Source: Candidatus Poseidoniaceae archaeon (GTDB lineage: Archaea > Thermoplasmatota > Poseidoniia > Poseidoniales > Poseidoniaceae). From it: a DNA stretch of 64,000 bases. Below, in pieces: positions 45,466 to 55,648 of the stretch. Position numbers and translations under genes: made by a program. Every line of letters begins with the position of its first letter. Positions within the stretch are counted from its first letter, which is position 1. The DNA lies in assembly GCA_049438185.1 (NCBI GenBank), contig JBMTJI010000003.1, positions 64,544 through 128,543 of the forward strand, written 5' to 3'. The notes under the pieces are model-generated. The model had not been told where the DNA came from and did not search any database. It saw only the letters and a list, made by a program, of their open reading frames with translations.

Positions 45466-46512
45466 TTATGCATTTTGGATTGCTGCAGTAATTTTGTACA
45501 ACTTTCCATTTGAGCCAAACACTGCAAAGTACAGATCTCCATTCGGGTGAAATGTGATGGGAAGAGGCGTCCCCACGTCCTCAGCGAAAACTGATGTTGT
45601 TCCAACAACCTTTCCATTTGATGAATCAAGGTCAATTCGAACGATTTCGTGCCCTTGCGGCAGGATTGTGTTCCAAGAGCCGTACACTGTTGCGTAAATT
45701 GTAGAGTTGCCGCCTGGTAATGGAGAATTTGCTGGGCGAACTGCAACGCCATTCATTGAAGTGTGAGGTGTCCACGTTGCAATTGGACCAATGCTTCCTG
45801 CTGGAACAGGATTGGAGGGGTCATCGTCTGGCCAGCCGTAATCTCCCCCTTCAACAAGAAGGTTGAGTTCTTCATCGGGATGGTCGCCTTCCCAATCGCG
45901 TCCGTTATCCGTAAACACATATCCAATGTCAGCGACCCATGCCCCATCAAATGAGTTGCGAACACCGCTTGCAAGAATCCCATGTTCGCCTGTTGATCCA
46001 TTCACCCATAGCAGTGCGCCGTTGCGAGGATCGTCCTCAACACAGATGTTGCAGGTTGAACCGCTGTGCCACACAAGTGTCCCATTGGGTAGAATGTTGA
46101 CCGCATTTGTTTGGTGATTGCCCGTTGGAACATTCGAGATGAGTGTCGTCTTGTTTTCGATCTCACCAAGTTGTCCGTCGTGAACATATCGACTCAGTTT
46201 CCCAGCTTCACTCACAAAAAGATTCGAGTCTGTAATGGCAACGTCATGAGGGCGATCAAGACCATCGATGAGTACGGTCTTGCTCATGTTCATATCAAAG
46301 GCGTATATTTGTCCCCCATCGCGATCGCAAACAATGAGTGTCGATTCATCAAACCATTCAAGGCATGTCGGCCCACCAAGATTTGTAGCGACGACGCTTA
46401 TCTCAAACCCATCATCAACCGTTGGTGTGTTGAACGATGAATAAGGGTAGATTTGTCGAGCAACAAGAAGAAAAACGAGGATGGAGGCTATTGGCGGGAG
46501 GTGGCGCAACAT
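45466..46512 (-). CDS. secreted PQQ-type soluble glucose/sorbosone dehydrogenase-like beta-propeller protein
   Basis: There is a signal peptide. The segment GRDWEGDHPDEELNLLVEGGDYGWP matches the GSDH-family signature (...ELN.I..G.NYGWP). The start is ATG. Confidence 0.7.
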   Translation of the reverse strand: MLRHLPPIASILVFLLVARQIYPYSSFNTPTVDDGFEISVVATNLGGPTCLEWFDESTLIVCDRDGGQIYAFDMNMSKTVLIDGLDRPHDVAITDSNLFVSEAGKLSRYVHDGQLGEIENKTTLISNVPTGNHQTNAVNILPNGTLVWHSGSTCNICVEDDPRNGALLWVNGSTGEHGILASGVRNSFDGAWVADIGYVFTDNGRDWEGDHPDEELNLLVEGGDYGWPDDDPSNPVPAGSIGPIATWTPHTSMNGVAVRPANSPLPGGNSTIYATVYGSWNTILPQGHEIVRIDLDSSNGKVVGTTSVFAEDVGTPLPITFHPNGDLYFAVFGSNGKLYKITAAIQNA

Positions 46513-46536
46513 ACAATCCCCAACCGTTCTCTTGTG

Positions 46537-47445
46537 TCATGATGTATTTTCAGTTTTCACTGCAACCATTTCGTACGTGATGTGGATGTCCATTGTGCAA
46601 TTTTCGCCGCAGATGTCGATGTCCTGTTCTCGCAGCGTAATCGACTCCGATGCGTTCCATTGTGATGATGTGCCGGTTGTTTCAATCAAACACGGCGATG
46701 GAACAACAAGCTCGGGATTGAGTATAGCAGGATGTTCTTCAGGCGTTAGAGCTGATGTGAGCATCGAAATGTATCGACTCTCGTCGTTCTCGTTGTAGTA
46801 ACTCAGAAACTGCATCTTGTACAGCACACCTTCTTGCGAAAGAATGTATGTACCATCATTCGGTGTTATTCTGTGTGCTGCGAGATCGTAGGTGTACCAT
46901 TCGAGGCGATCGCTGGTCGAATTCGACATCTCAGATTCGTTGACTGTATTAACATCTCGAAAGTCAGTTCCTTGGAGATATACCCATTGGGTTCCTTCAC
47001 TAAAGAAAATGTCCGTTTTCGATGCGCGAATGGTGTAATTGGATTCGTTACCCTCGCCCTGCATTGGGATTGAAACATACGTGAAGACGTCCTCAGAGGT
47101 TGCATCGATGGTGGTGGAGAACGTTACACCATCGGATGACAACCGTGAGATGACCTTTGCCTCCTCATCCACCGCAACAGATTGACTGCCAAAGGAACAC
47201 ATGTAGGATTCCTCATCAACGACGACTTCAATCATCATCGAAGCCCAATCGAGATCTTCAGCACCATCCTGGAACGAGAGTGTTGCGAGGATATCAGTTG
47301 AACCGTTTGAGGTTGCGCTACGATCGATAGCTACAATGTTGTCCGTACCGAGAGGTGAGTCATACGACACGACCAGGTACGTCCATACACCAAGTACGAT
47401 GGTGGCCACCAGAGCGGTGGCCACCATCCATCGCTTGTAGTTCAA
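46537..47445 (-). CDS. hypothetical protein with N-terminal signal-anchor helix and large acidic ectodomain
   Basis: MNYKRWMVATALVATIVLGVWTYLVV is present. The start codon at 47445 is non-ATG; the first ATG is at 47427. Confidence 0.5.
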   Translation of the reverse strand: MNYKRWMVATALVATIVLGVWTYLVVSYDSPLGTDNIVAIDRSATSNGSTDILATLSFQDGAEDLDWASMMIEVVVDEESYMCSFGSQSVAVDEEAKVISRLSSDGVTFSTTIDATSEDVFTYVSIPMQGEGNESNYTIRASKTDIFFSEGTQWVYLQGTDFRDVNTVNESEMSNSTSDRLEWYTYDLAAHRITPNDGTYILSQEGVLYKMQFLSYYNENDESRYISMLTSALTPEEHPAILNPELVVPSPCLIETTGTSSQWNASESITLREQDIDICGENCTMDIHITYEMVAVKTENTS

Positions 47446-47457
47446 CGTATCACGTCA

Positions 47458-48987
47458 TCAGAGGCTTCGTCGGCGGCTCATAAAGAGGACTGCACCGAGG
47501 ATTGCAACGACCATGCTCGAGATGATGAAGCCTGGAGCATCTTCAGATTCCTTCTTGTCTGAAGTAGGCTCGACGCCACCGTCACCAACAATGATTTCAC
47601 CGTGCATCTTCATTGAGACGTGAGGTTCACATGCGTAGTAAAACGTCTGGTTCTCAGTGAAGGTGTGGTGGAATGCTACGGTTGTTGCAGGTGTACCAGA
47701 AGTTACACCTCCATCGACATACGTGCTGGATTGGAAACCGTCAACTTGCTTGACATTGTGTGCCATAGTAGAATCAGTCCATGACCAACATACCGTTTGT
47801 CCAACATCGATGGTCACGGATGAAGGAGTAAATCCGTATCCGTCGGATGTAAGACCAATGGTTGCCGCACAATCAACGCCCTCGAATGGATCGTCTGCTG
47901 GTGGGGTCAAGACCTTGTCAATAACGTGAATGACTCCGTTGGAGGCCGGGACGTCTGCGAGTGTGACGACTGCTCCATCGGCACCGACTGCGACTCCAGT
48001 GTCTGAGACGGTGATGGTCAACTCATCACCATTCGCTGCAGTGACCGTGTTTGCGCCAGCAGCCAAATCCGTGGAGAGAGTCGTTCCTGCAACAACGTGG
48101 TAGAGTAGAATGTCCGCTAGGATTGCAATCTCTTCGTCGGTGTCGAATGTGTCGAGATCGATTCCAGCTGCTGCGAATGCATCATCACTTGGTGCGAAAA
48201 CCGTGTATTCAGTTTCTCCGCTGAGTGTTGTAACAAGGTCTGCTGCGCTGAGAGCAGCGACAAGTGCTGTGTGGATGGTTGTTGCCTGAGCAGTCGTGGC
48301 GATGTTGACGGCTGGCGTCCACATGTAGGCGCCACACTGGGCAGCGCTGATGTTTGAGACTTGGTGGGTAACCATGTTGTAACAACCCGTAATCGTTTGA
48401 CCGCCCATTGTGTAATTCTCAACAAACATATAGGAGTTGCAAATTAAGTTGGTTGCTCCCGGTACAATGGTGTGAGAAATAACGTTGTAACAGATGTCGC
48501 CTGGCGGTGGCATGAGAACCTTGTCAATAACGTGAATAATCCCGTTGCTGGCTTCAACATCCGCCGTTGTGACGGTTGCGGCACCGATCATGACACTGTC
48601 GTTGCTCACAGTGAAGGAGGCTTTGTCTCCGTTGGCCATGACGACGGAAAGTCCATCAGTAACCTGGGAGGAATTGACGTTTCCAGCGAGAACGTGGTAC
48701 AGCAGAATGTCTGCAAGTGTTTCGTTTTCTTCTGGCGTGTCAAAGGTTGAAAGGTCAATGCCCGCATCGGCGAAAGCCTGGTCGCTCGGTGCAAAGACAG
48801 TGAATGGTCCGTCACCTTGCAGCGTGGCTACAAGACCAGCATGGGTGAGTGCGGCCACGAGAGAATCGTGGACGCCCGTCCCTGCTGCATTGGTTGGGAT
48901 ATCTTCTGTTGCATCAGCAGCGACTGAGTAAGGCGTTGCGGCTAATAGAAGGCAGGCTACGATAGTACAAACGGTTGATTTGCGCAT
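47458..48987 (-). CDS. membrane-anchored fusion of two fasciclin (FAS1) domains with a C-terminal cupredoxin (plastocyanin/halocyanin-like) domain
   Basis: There is a signal peptide. The FAS1 signatures occur twice (GPFTVFAPSDQAF...NGIIHVIDKVL and TEYTVFAPSDDAF...NGVIHVIDKVL). The type-1 copper ligand pattern is H(NVKQ)...YYACEPHVSMKMHG (His, Cys, His, Met). The C-terminal TM is FIISSMVVAILGAVLFM. Confidence 0.7.
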   Translation of the reverse strand: MRKSTVCTIVACLLLAATPYSVAADATEDIPTNAAGTGVHDSLVAALTHAGLVATLQGDGPFTVFAPSDQAFADAGIDLSTFDTPEENETLADILLYHVLAGNVNSSQVTDGLSVVMANGDKASFTVSNDSVMIGAATVTTADVEASNGIIHVIDKVLMPPPGDICYNVISHTIVPGATNLICNSYMFVENYTMGGQTITGCYNMVTHQVSNISAAQCGAYMWTPAVNIATTAQATTIHTALVAALSAADLVTTLSGETEYTVFAPSDDAFAAAGIDLDTFDTDEEIAILADILLYHVVAGTTLSTDLAAGANTVTAANGDELTITVSDTGVAVGADGAVVTLADVPASNGVIHVIDKVLTPPADDPFEGVDCAATIGLTSDGYGFTPSSVTIDVGQTVCWSWTDSTMAHNVKQVDGFQSSTYVDGGVTSGTPATTVAFHHTFTENQTFYYACEPHVSMKMHGEIIVGDGGVEPTSDKKESEDAPGFIISSMVVAILGAVLFMSRRRSL

Positions 48988-49042
48988 GATCTTTGGCGTG
49001 AAACCTCACTTATAACCCACTGTATGCGTGCATAAACAATTG

Positions 49043-50302
49043 TTAGAAAGGGGAGTGATAATCTCTCACATCTTCCGATATTCGGAGTAATTGGTTGTAT
49101 TTTGACACTCTATCGGAACGTGCTGGAGCCCCAGTTTTGATCTGTCCCGCTCGCGTTCCTACGGCAAGATCTGCGATTGTTGTATCTTCTGTTTCACCGC
49201 TGCGATGAGAGACAACATTTCGGTAACCGTTTGACGTGGCTAAATCCATTGCCTCGAGTGTTTCCGTTACAGTTCCGACTTGATTGACCTTCACCAACAT
49301 GGCATTGGCTGCCCCGATGTCGATGCCTTGGGCAAGTCGCTCAGACTGTGTGACAAACAAATCGTCGCCAACAATCTGAACTCGATGGCCTTCTTGTTTT
49401 GTCATTGCAGTCCATCCAGTCCAATCGTTTTCGCCCAAACCATCCTCAATGGACAAAATAGGGTACGCATCAAGCCACTCGCTGTACATGTCAACCATTT
49501 GCTCCGACGAAAGCACCCTTCCGTCCATGTGATATCCATCGGATTTCTCAAATTCGGTAGCAGCAACATCGAGCGCTATCCCAATATCATCGGTCGAATA
49601 ACCGGCTCCTTCGATGGCGCGTACCATGTACTTCAGACCGTCTTCATTTGCTCCAAGGTTTGGTGCAAACCCACCTTCATCGCCTACGCCTCCAAGAAGT
49701 CCGTCGTTTTTCAGTTCGTGCTTGAGTTGATGGTAGATTTCCACTCCAGCCCGCAGTCCCTCCTTGAACGAGTCGAAACCATGGGGCATGACCATGAACT
49801 CTTGGACATCAACGTTGGATGCTGCATGCGCACCGCCGTTGAGGATGTTGAGCATCGGAACGGGCATTTGTCCGCCGGCAACACCTCCGATGTACTTCCA
49901 AAGAGGGAGTTCATGGGATGCTGCTCCCGCATGAAGACAGGCCAGTGATGCACCCAGCATTGCATTGGCTCCAAGGTTGGATTTGTTCGGGGTTCCATCA
50001 AGTTCAATCATAGCTTCATCGATCAAGCGTTGTTCGTCGACGGACATTCCGACAAGAGCCTCAGAGATGGATTGCCGCACATTGTCAACGGCTACATCAA
50101 CACCTCTTCCAAGCCATTTATTGTTATCACCATCTCGCATTTCAAGAGCTTCGTGCTGACCTGTTGATGCGCCTGAAGGTACCATTGCGCGGCCTGCTAA
50201 TCGACCATTGACATAACAATCAACCTCAATGGTTGGGTTACCGCGACTATCCAATACCATTCGAGCATCCAGGCCTGAGATGTAATCTGACATGTCTCTC
50301 AT
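49043..50302 (-). CDS. eno: enolase (2-phosphoglycerate dehydratase)
   Basis: [12 protein letters not shown], the SHRSGETED catalytic loop and the KxNQIGT (KVNQVGT) motif are present. The start is ATG 50302 or 50293; the track's 50311 is TTG. Confidence 0.9.
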   Translation of the reverse strand: MRDMSDYISGLDARMVLDSRGNPTIEVDCYVNGRLAGRAMVPSGASTGQHEALEMRDGDNNKWLGRGVDVAVDNVRQSISEALVGMSVDEQRLIDEAMIELDGTPNKSNLGANAMLGASLACLHAGAASHELPLWKYIGGVAGGQMPVPMLNILNGGAHAASNVDVQEFMVMPHGFDSFKEGLRAGVEIYHQLKHELKNDGLLGGVGDEGGFAPNLGANEDGLKYMVRAIEGAGYSTDDIGIALDVAATEFEKSDGYHMDGRVLSSEQMVDMYSEWLDAYPILSIEDGLGENDWTGWTAMTKQEGHRVQIVGDDLFVTQSERLAQGIDIGAANAMLVKVNQVGTVTETLEAMDLATSNGYRNVVSHRSGETEDTTIADLAVGTRAGQIKTGAPARSDRVSKYNQLLRISEDVRDYHSPF

Positions 50303-50474
50303 CTCTCCCAAGTAAAGGCGCTCTTTGAACTCAACGGGCTAAATTGAGTTGAGGGTGGTTGTCGTCAGGTTCTGTTTGCCGACGTGAAATTGCCGGAATA
50401 TGTCGTATAATCAGTTATTCTTGTCAGATTACGGTTTCAAAAGGTTTGATATACCGATATGTGGAGCGGCGACC

Positions 50475-50897
50475 ATGCCCCGAATCGCAGAAATTGATCG
50501 AGCAATCCTTGCCCAACTTCGAAAGAATGGTCGAATGTCCTTTGTCGACCTTGCAAAGGAAGTGGGTGCTAGCGAGCGTACCGTTCGCACCCACATCCGA
50601 ACGATGGAAGAAAATGGTACAATTCGTGGCTATACTGTCCGGGAAAGTGGAATTGGTCTAACTGCTCTTATCCGAATCAAAGTATCCCCTGGTGTTGAAA
50701 TTGGATCATTCGCTTCCGAAGTAACCGGTTGGGAAGGTGTCGAAATCATCTACGAAGTATCCGGTGAAGCAGACCTTGTCGCTCTCGTTCATGTTGATGA
50801 TACCGTCGCCCTTCGTTCACTTCTGGACAAGATGTGGATGGCAGCAGACAACGAAATTGCTTCAACGACCACCGAACTTGTTCTCGAACAGTATTGA
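50475..50897 (+). CDS. lrp: Lrp/AsnC-family transcriptional regulator
   Basis: The N-terminal HTH is IDRAILAQLRKNGRMSFVDLAKEVGASERTVRTHI. A C-terminal RAM domain is present. ATG 50475 lies within ORF 50400..50897. TTGATATA lies about 24 nt upstream. Confidence 0.85.
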   Translation: MPRIAEIDRAILAQLRKNGRMSFVDLAKEVGASERTVRTHIRTMEENGTIRGYTVRESGIGLTALIRIKVSPGVEIGSFASEVTGWEGVEIIYEVSGEADLVALVHVDDTVALRSLLDKMWMAADNEIASTTTELVLEQY

Positions 50898-50898
50898 T

Positions 50899-51513
50899 TC
50901 AATCAAACTGATATCGCCCCGCTGGGTGGAAAAGCAGCGTTCCTACGCATCCAGCAAGCGTGATGAAGAGTAAGAATCCGAAGATTGGGAATGGCTCGGA
51001 ATAGGTTTCCACACATTCTCCCGTCCAGAGATCAATCTCTGCACAACCGTCTTCAGAAACGAACCAACCAAGAACTTGGATGATTGTCAATAAGATTGAC
51101 AGAACAAAACTCGTGATCAATGCCCACATCTTTCCCTTTGCGGTCATGACGCCGACAAAAATCCCAAATCCTCCTATGGCGAAGAAAAAGAGACCTGTCA
51201 GAATGAGAAAACCGCCGAAACCACCTGCACCTAAATCGGAGAAAAGAAGCCCCAAGAGAACCGGTCCAATTCCAATAAAAATCCCAAGGATGCCGAATAC
51301 GCTCGCAACTGTTACTCCAACTGCTATTCGTGTTGCTGGGTGTGACAAAAAGTGTTCGTGATTCTTGGAAGCGTATTCTCGCATGACGTTTGACGACGAC
51401 TCCTCCTCCCCCCACTCAAATTCTCCTTCGCAGTGTGGACATGCAAACAATCCAACCGCATCGTCTTCCAATTCAATATGTTCCTCACAATGCGGACATT
51501 CAATCAAGACCAT
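50899..51513 (-). CDS. membrane protein with N-terminal double zinc ribbon
   Basis: CPHCEEHIELEDDAVGLFACPHCEGEF is followed by G-rich TM helices. The start is ATG. Confidence 0.5.
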   Translation of the reverse strand: MVLIECPHCEEHIELEDDAVGLFACPHCEGEFEWGEEESSSNVMREYASKNHEHFLSHPATRIAVGVTVASVFGILGIFIGIGPVLLGLLFSDLGAGGFGGFLILTGLFFFAIGGFGIFVGVMTAKGKMWALITSFVLSILLTIIQVLGWFVSEDGCAEIDLWTGECVETYSEPFPIFGFLLFITLAGCVGTLLFHPAGRYQFD

Positions 51514-51561
51514 GAATGCAAAGAATTATCCGACAATATAGGTGTTCTGCCGACGGCAGTT

Positions 51562-53151
51562 TCACAGTTCGTTTGGAACCGGCGTTTGATCCATGTGCAA
51601 GAAGGCATAAACAGCCCACCATGTCACAATATCCCATGAATGGACAAGGTTGTTGATTCCAGTTGAATTGTCTGTGGCCATGTACTCAATCATTGTCTCC
51701 ATCGTATCACATTCACGGTGATAACAAGGATAACCGTCGACAAGCCCGTTCCAACCAAGCGTTGCAACGCCGATATTTTGGAATGAATCGTGATCGCTTC
51801 GCGCTGTTGGTGATTCGTAAATCGCTACAGTATCTTCGTAAATGTCGCCCCAAAGTGGACTCTCTCCTCCATCAAGCCAAGCTTCTCTTCCACGCTCCAT
51901 TTCATAGCCAAGATCGAGTGCATCTCCACCAATCCATTCTGCCAAGTGAAACATTCCTGCTTGGTCAATTGCTTCCTGCGTGCCATCAGGACCAAGATAA
52001 ACAGAGAGTGCGTAATCACCTGGATAATTCACTCCAGCCATGTCGAGATTGAGATAATTACTCACGGTGACACCATCTGGTAAGTCATTTGCAAAGGAGC
52101 GGGATCCCCACAAGCCTTCTTCCTCTGAAGACCACAAGCAGAAAACCATCGTTCGTCGGGCATCAAAGTCAGCAAGAACACTTGCCGTGGTAAGAACCAT
52201 GCTTGAACCCGCCGCATTATCGTACGCCCCTTGTCTTGTACCGTAACCTGGAATGCCGATTTCAGCACCAGGTGTGTAGGCAATGGGTGGGGCAATATCA
52301 AAATGGGCTCCGAACACAAGCCACTCATCTGGATAGACTGTTCCCGTTTTGTAGCCACAAATGTTGACTGCCCAAGCTGTATTGGATTGGAAGCGATGTA
52401 CCTCTACATCCAAGCCATAACCTAACATGACACCTTCAAAGTATGTGATGGCATGCTCATAGGATGGATTGGCGTTCCCGATCCAACGATCCAGATAGCC
52501 GACTGCGCCGTCTGGTCCACAGGTTGCGCAGGGGGTATCGTCAGTGATGAAATCGACCCAATCGTAGACGTCCCTTCCATTGACCCATCCATCACTTGCA
52601 CCGACACCATTCTCTTCACTCAAATCTGCTCGGAACGGTCGGCTCGTTTCCATCACTACGGAGATTGCAGGATTGCCTGTTTCATTTCCGGGAACAAGCC
52701 ACGGCCATAGTCCACCCGTGTCTTGATTTTCAACGGCTTGTACCGCCGAACCTGAGGTTGGGTTCTCAAGCCACGCTGACCATGACTGGTCGGGTTCACG
52801 AATCGGCCATTCTACTCGACCGATGTCTCCCAAAAAGAAGACGATTTCCTCGTTTCGAGGTGGGAAAAGAATGTTCATACTCACCTTTTCACCCGACTTT
52901 AAATCAAGAACTGTTCCGTTTTGTGCACGCATTGAACCTGGATCTTGAACGAAATATGGAACAAATACAGCGAGGTCATCGTTTGCTTCCAGTGTGATGG
53001 TTTGCCACATACCGGCTTGTAAGGCATCTGAATCAGAAACAGAAAGAGATGATGCATCAAGCGAAGGAGTTTCATTCTCGCCAATGCATCCAGAAAGCGG
53101 GGCTAGAATCATCAAAAACATGAGTCCAACAGCCTGAATTGGAATGCGCAT
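51562..53151 (-). CDS. M28-family zinc aminopeptidase lipoprotein
   Basis: There is a signal peptide with a lipobox (PLSGC). The M28 metal-ligand blocks are GAHFD, GAYDNAAG, SEEEGLWGS and a C-terminal His region. The ORF was trimmed to the first ATG (MRIPIQ...). Confidence 0.8.
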   Translation of the reverse strand: MRIPIQAVGLMFLMILAPLSGCIGENETPSLDASSLSVSDSDALQAGMWQTITLEANDDLAVFVPYFVQDPGSMRAQNGTVLDLKSGEKVSMNILFPPRNEEIVFFLGDIGRVEWPIREPDQSWSAWLENPTSGSAVQAVENQDTGGLWPWLVPGNETGNPAISVVMETSRPFRADLSEENGVGASDGWVNGRDVYDWVDFITDDTPCATCGPDGAVGYLDRWIGNANPSYEHAITYFEGVMLGYGLDVEVHRFQSNTAWAVNICGYKTGTVYPDEWLVFGAHFDIAPPIAYTPGAEIGIPGYGTRQGAYDNAAGSSMVLTTASVLADFDARRTMVFCLWSSEEEGLWGSRSFANDLPDGVTVSNYLNLDMAGVNYPGDYALSVYLGPDGTQEAIDQAGMFHLAEWIGGDALDLGYEMERGREAWLDGGESPLWGDIYEDTVAIYESPTARSDHDSFQNIGVATLGWNGLVDGYPCYHRECDTMETMIEYMATDNSTGINNLVHSWDIVTWWAVYAFLHMDQTPVPNEL

Positions 53152-53224
53152 GCGGTTTCCCAATCGTAACTTATGTTTGAAATCAGTGGTCTTTAGCGCA
53201 TTTTAACCCCTCGCCAAGGATTAA

Positions 53225-54061
53225 ATGACGATGGTTCGCCGGCCAACTATGGCTACTGTCCGTACGGATCAGAAGCAACGTGTCCTCATGAGGGCCGTTC
53301 CTCAATCCTTCTCGAAGGCAATAGCCAAGTATTTTGGCTCAGGACCAACCGATATTAAGTTGGCAAAATCGCAACATGCAGCCTATGTGCAAGCATTGCT
53401 TGATATCGGGCTTGAGGTCACAATTCTCCCTGCAGACAACAATCATCCAGATTGCATCTTTGTCGAAGATCAAGCTATTGTCATCGACGGGCACGTCCTG
53501 TTACCTGTTCCAGGCCATCCCTCTCGAGTCGCTGAACAACCACCAATTGCAGACTTCCTCTCGCGCCAACTCAATGGATTCCAAGTATGTGGCATGTTTG
53601 GTGATGCCAGGATGGACGGCGGCGATATTCTTCGTCTTGGAGATATTTTCTTTGTCGGACTTTCCGATCGAACGAATCAAGAGGGAATTGAAACCTTACG
53701 AAATCTCCTCAACCATCTTGGACACGAATTGCGTATCGTCGACATTCCAACAGATAAGGCGCTCCACCTTACCTCGATTTCCTCAACACCAACCGACAAC
53801 ATCATTCTCACAGCCGAGGGTTACCTCACACCGGAGGACTTTGGTGACCTTCCAGAAGGCTGTGAAGTTATACTCATGCCTGAAGAAGAAGTCTATGGGT
53901 GCAATACGATCGGCTTCGAGAACGGTAAAGTTCTGGTTGCAGAAGGCTATCCAACCATTCTCAAAACGCTCATGGAGAAAGGTTTGGATCCAATCGTTCT
54001 CGATATGGGCCAGATTCGCGAGGCAGATGGTTCCATTACTTGTTGTTCGATTTTTTACTAA
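53225..54061 (+). CDS. amidinotransferase-superfamily enzyme (dimethylarginine dimethylaminohydrolase/arginine deiminase-like)
   Basis: DCIFVED and the C-terminal catalytic Cys motif GSITCCS are present. The start is ATG. Confidence 0.65.
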   Translation: MTMVRRPTMATVRTDQKQRVLMRAVPQSFSKAIAKYFGSGPTDIKLAKSQHAAYVQALLDIGLEVTILPADNNHPDCIFVEDQAIVIDGHVLLPVPGHPSRVAEQPPIADFLSRQLNGFQVCGMFGDARMDGGDILRLGDIFFVGLSDRTNQEGIETLRNLLNHLGHELRIVDIPTDKALHLTSISSTPTDNIILTAEGYLTPEDFGDLPEGCEVILMPEEEVYGCNTIGFENGKVLVAEGYPTILKTLMEKGLDPIVLDMGQIREADGSITCCSIFY

Positions 54062-54161
54062 TGACTCCATATTCTATAGTAAAAAAAACTCGGACTTAAA
54101 TATCTCAATAGATGAAAACATGTGTCAGCAGTGCTCACGCTGACGCAATGGGTGTGGGATT

Positions 54162-54917
54162 TTGACGGATAAGAATCATAAATTAGCGATTGACCAAGGT
54201 TTGTTGATTGCTGTTGAAGGTATGGATGGTAGTGGAAAATCCACGCAAGCCATGCTCTTATTCAACTGGATTCGGGCACTTGGACTCCCAGTGCATCACA
54301 CTGAATGGAACTCAAGTCCAGTCGTAGCCGCGGCAACGAAAGCTGGTAAGGACTCAAAACGACTCAAACCTCAAACATTCCACCTTATTCACGCCGCGGA
54401 TTTTGCTGACCGGTGGAGCAAGCAAATAGAGCCGATGCTGGAAGTAGGTGGCATTGTCATCTGCGATCGATACAAGTTCACGGCCATGGCAAGGGATGGT
54501 GCACGAGGCGTGGATAGAGAAACCATCGAATCGAATTACTCATTTGCCAAAGAACCCGACATTACATTGTACTTTGATATCCCTCCCGAAATCGGTTACG
54601 ACCGGATTGTCAAAGGAAGACCGACATTGAAGTATTACGAGGCTGGTTTGGACATGGGATGGACATTCGATCCATTTGAATCGTACAAAATTCTGCAGTC
54701 AAAAATAAAAGAAATTTATGATGGTTTGGTGGATGATGAACGCATCGTCCGTGTGGATGCACAAGGAACTGTGACAGAGGTTCAGTCCCGTGTCAGAGCA
54801 CTCATCAAACAATATGTCAACATCGACAAGATTCAGCCAATCGATGAAAACGATCGTATGGCGGAAATGATACGAATGTCATCGTTTGACTGGAGTTCAC
54901 TGGAGGAAGGACAATGA
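54162..54917 (+). CDS. tmk: thymidylate kinase
   Basis: The P-loop is LIAVEGMDGSGKST. The DRY motif (CDRYKFT) and a lid region are present. The start is TTG at 54162. An in-frame TTG-TTG at about 54201-54206 would give the typical MLIAVEG N-terminus. Confidence 0.8.
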   Translation: MTDKNHKLAIDQGLLIAVEGMDGSGKSTQAMLLFNWIRALGLPVHHTEWNSSPVVAAATKAGKDSKRLKPQTFHLIHAADFADRWSKQIEPMLEVGGIVICDRYKFTAMARDGARGVDRETIESNYSFAKEPDITLYFDIPPEIGYDRIVKGRPTLKYYEAGLDMGWTFDPFESYKILQSKIKEIYDGLVDDERIVRVDAQGTVTEVQSRVRALIKQYVNIDKIQPIDENDRMAEMIRMSSFDWSSLEEGQ

Positions 54918-55585
54918 GTTCTGAAGGAAAACTCATCGTTATCGAAGGGCCTGACCATGTTGGTCGTTCCATGCACGCAAGATTGCTCAGTGAACGTCTT
55001 GAAGCACATGGTGTTGCAGTAAAGGTTGTTGGATTGGCGCGTTCAAGCCTCCTAGGGGAAATCATCAAAACATCCAACTCAGATATCCATAACCTCAATT
55101 GGAGGACGCGGGCTCTGTTGTATGCTACGGATTTGTACGATCAGTACATCCATGATATCCAGCCTTTACTTGATGCTGGTTTCGTCGTCATTGCAGATCG
55201 ATTCACGTTGACACCATTGATTCGAGAATCAATCCGTGGAGGGGATTCTGACTGGATCCGTACATTGTACAAAAAACTTCCAGAACCAACTGCTACAGTG
55301 ATTTTGCAAGCTGGAGGGCGACGATTGCTCAACCGGATGATGTACAATGACTCTCTAACAAAATTAAACCACTATGAGGCAGGAGCGGATATGGCACTTT
55401 CACCTTCGATTACGAGATCGTTTTTGCAGTACCAGAAGTTGCTCCGAGAAGCGTTTATGCTACATGCTGAAGAAAAGAACTACCCAATCGTTCACACCCG
55501 TCACGCTGTTTCTGAGGTTCACAATTCAGTTTGGAATCACATCAAACCATTTGTTTCGGATATGCTTCAAACGATTCGAGAATGA
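54914..55585 (+). CDS. thymidylate-kinase-like paralog with degenerate P-loop
   Basis: Same fold and spacing as Tmk (IVIEGPDHVGRS in place of GxDGxGKST; ADRFTLT in place of DRY). The start is ATG, and the ATGA start/stop overlap with tmk indicates translational coupling. Confidence 0.65.
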   Translation: MSSEGKLIVIEGPDHVGRSMHARLLSERLEAHGVAVKVVGLARSSLLGEIIKTSNSDIHNLNWRTRALLYATDLYDQYIHDIQPLLDAGFVVIADRFTLTPLIRESIRGGDSDWIRTLYKKLPEPTATVILQAGGRRLLNRMMYNDSLTKLNHYEAGADMALSPSITRSFLQYQKLLREAFMLHAEEKNYPIVHTRHAVSEVHNSVWNHIKPFVSDMLQTIRE

Positions 55586-55648
55586 GTTCAACTCACCAAG
55601 AACAGTTACAAATCATCCATAGGATGAGGGCCCTAAGGTTGAACATCG

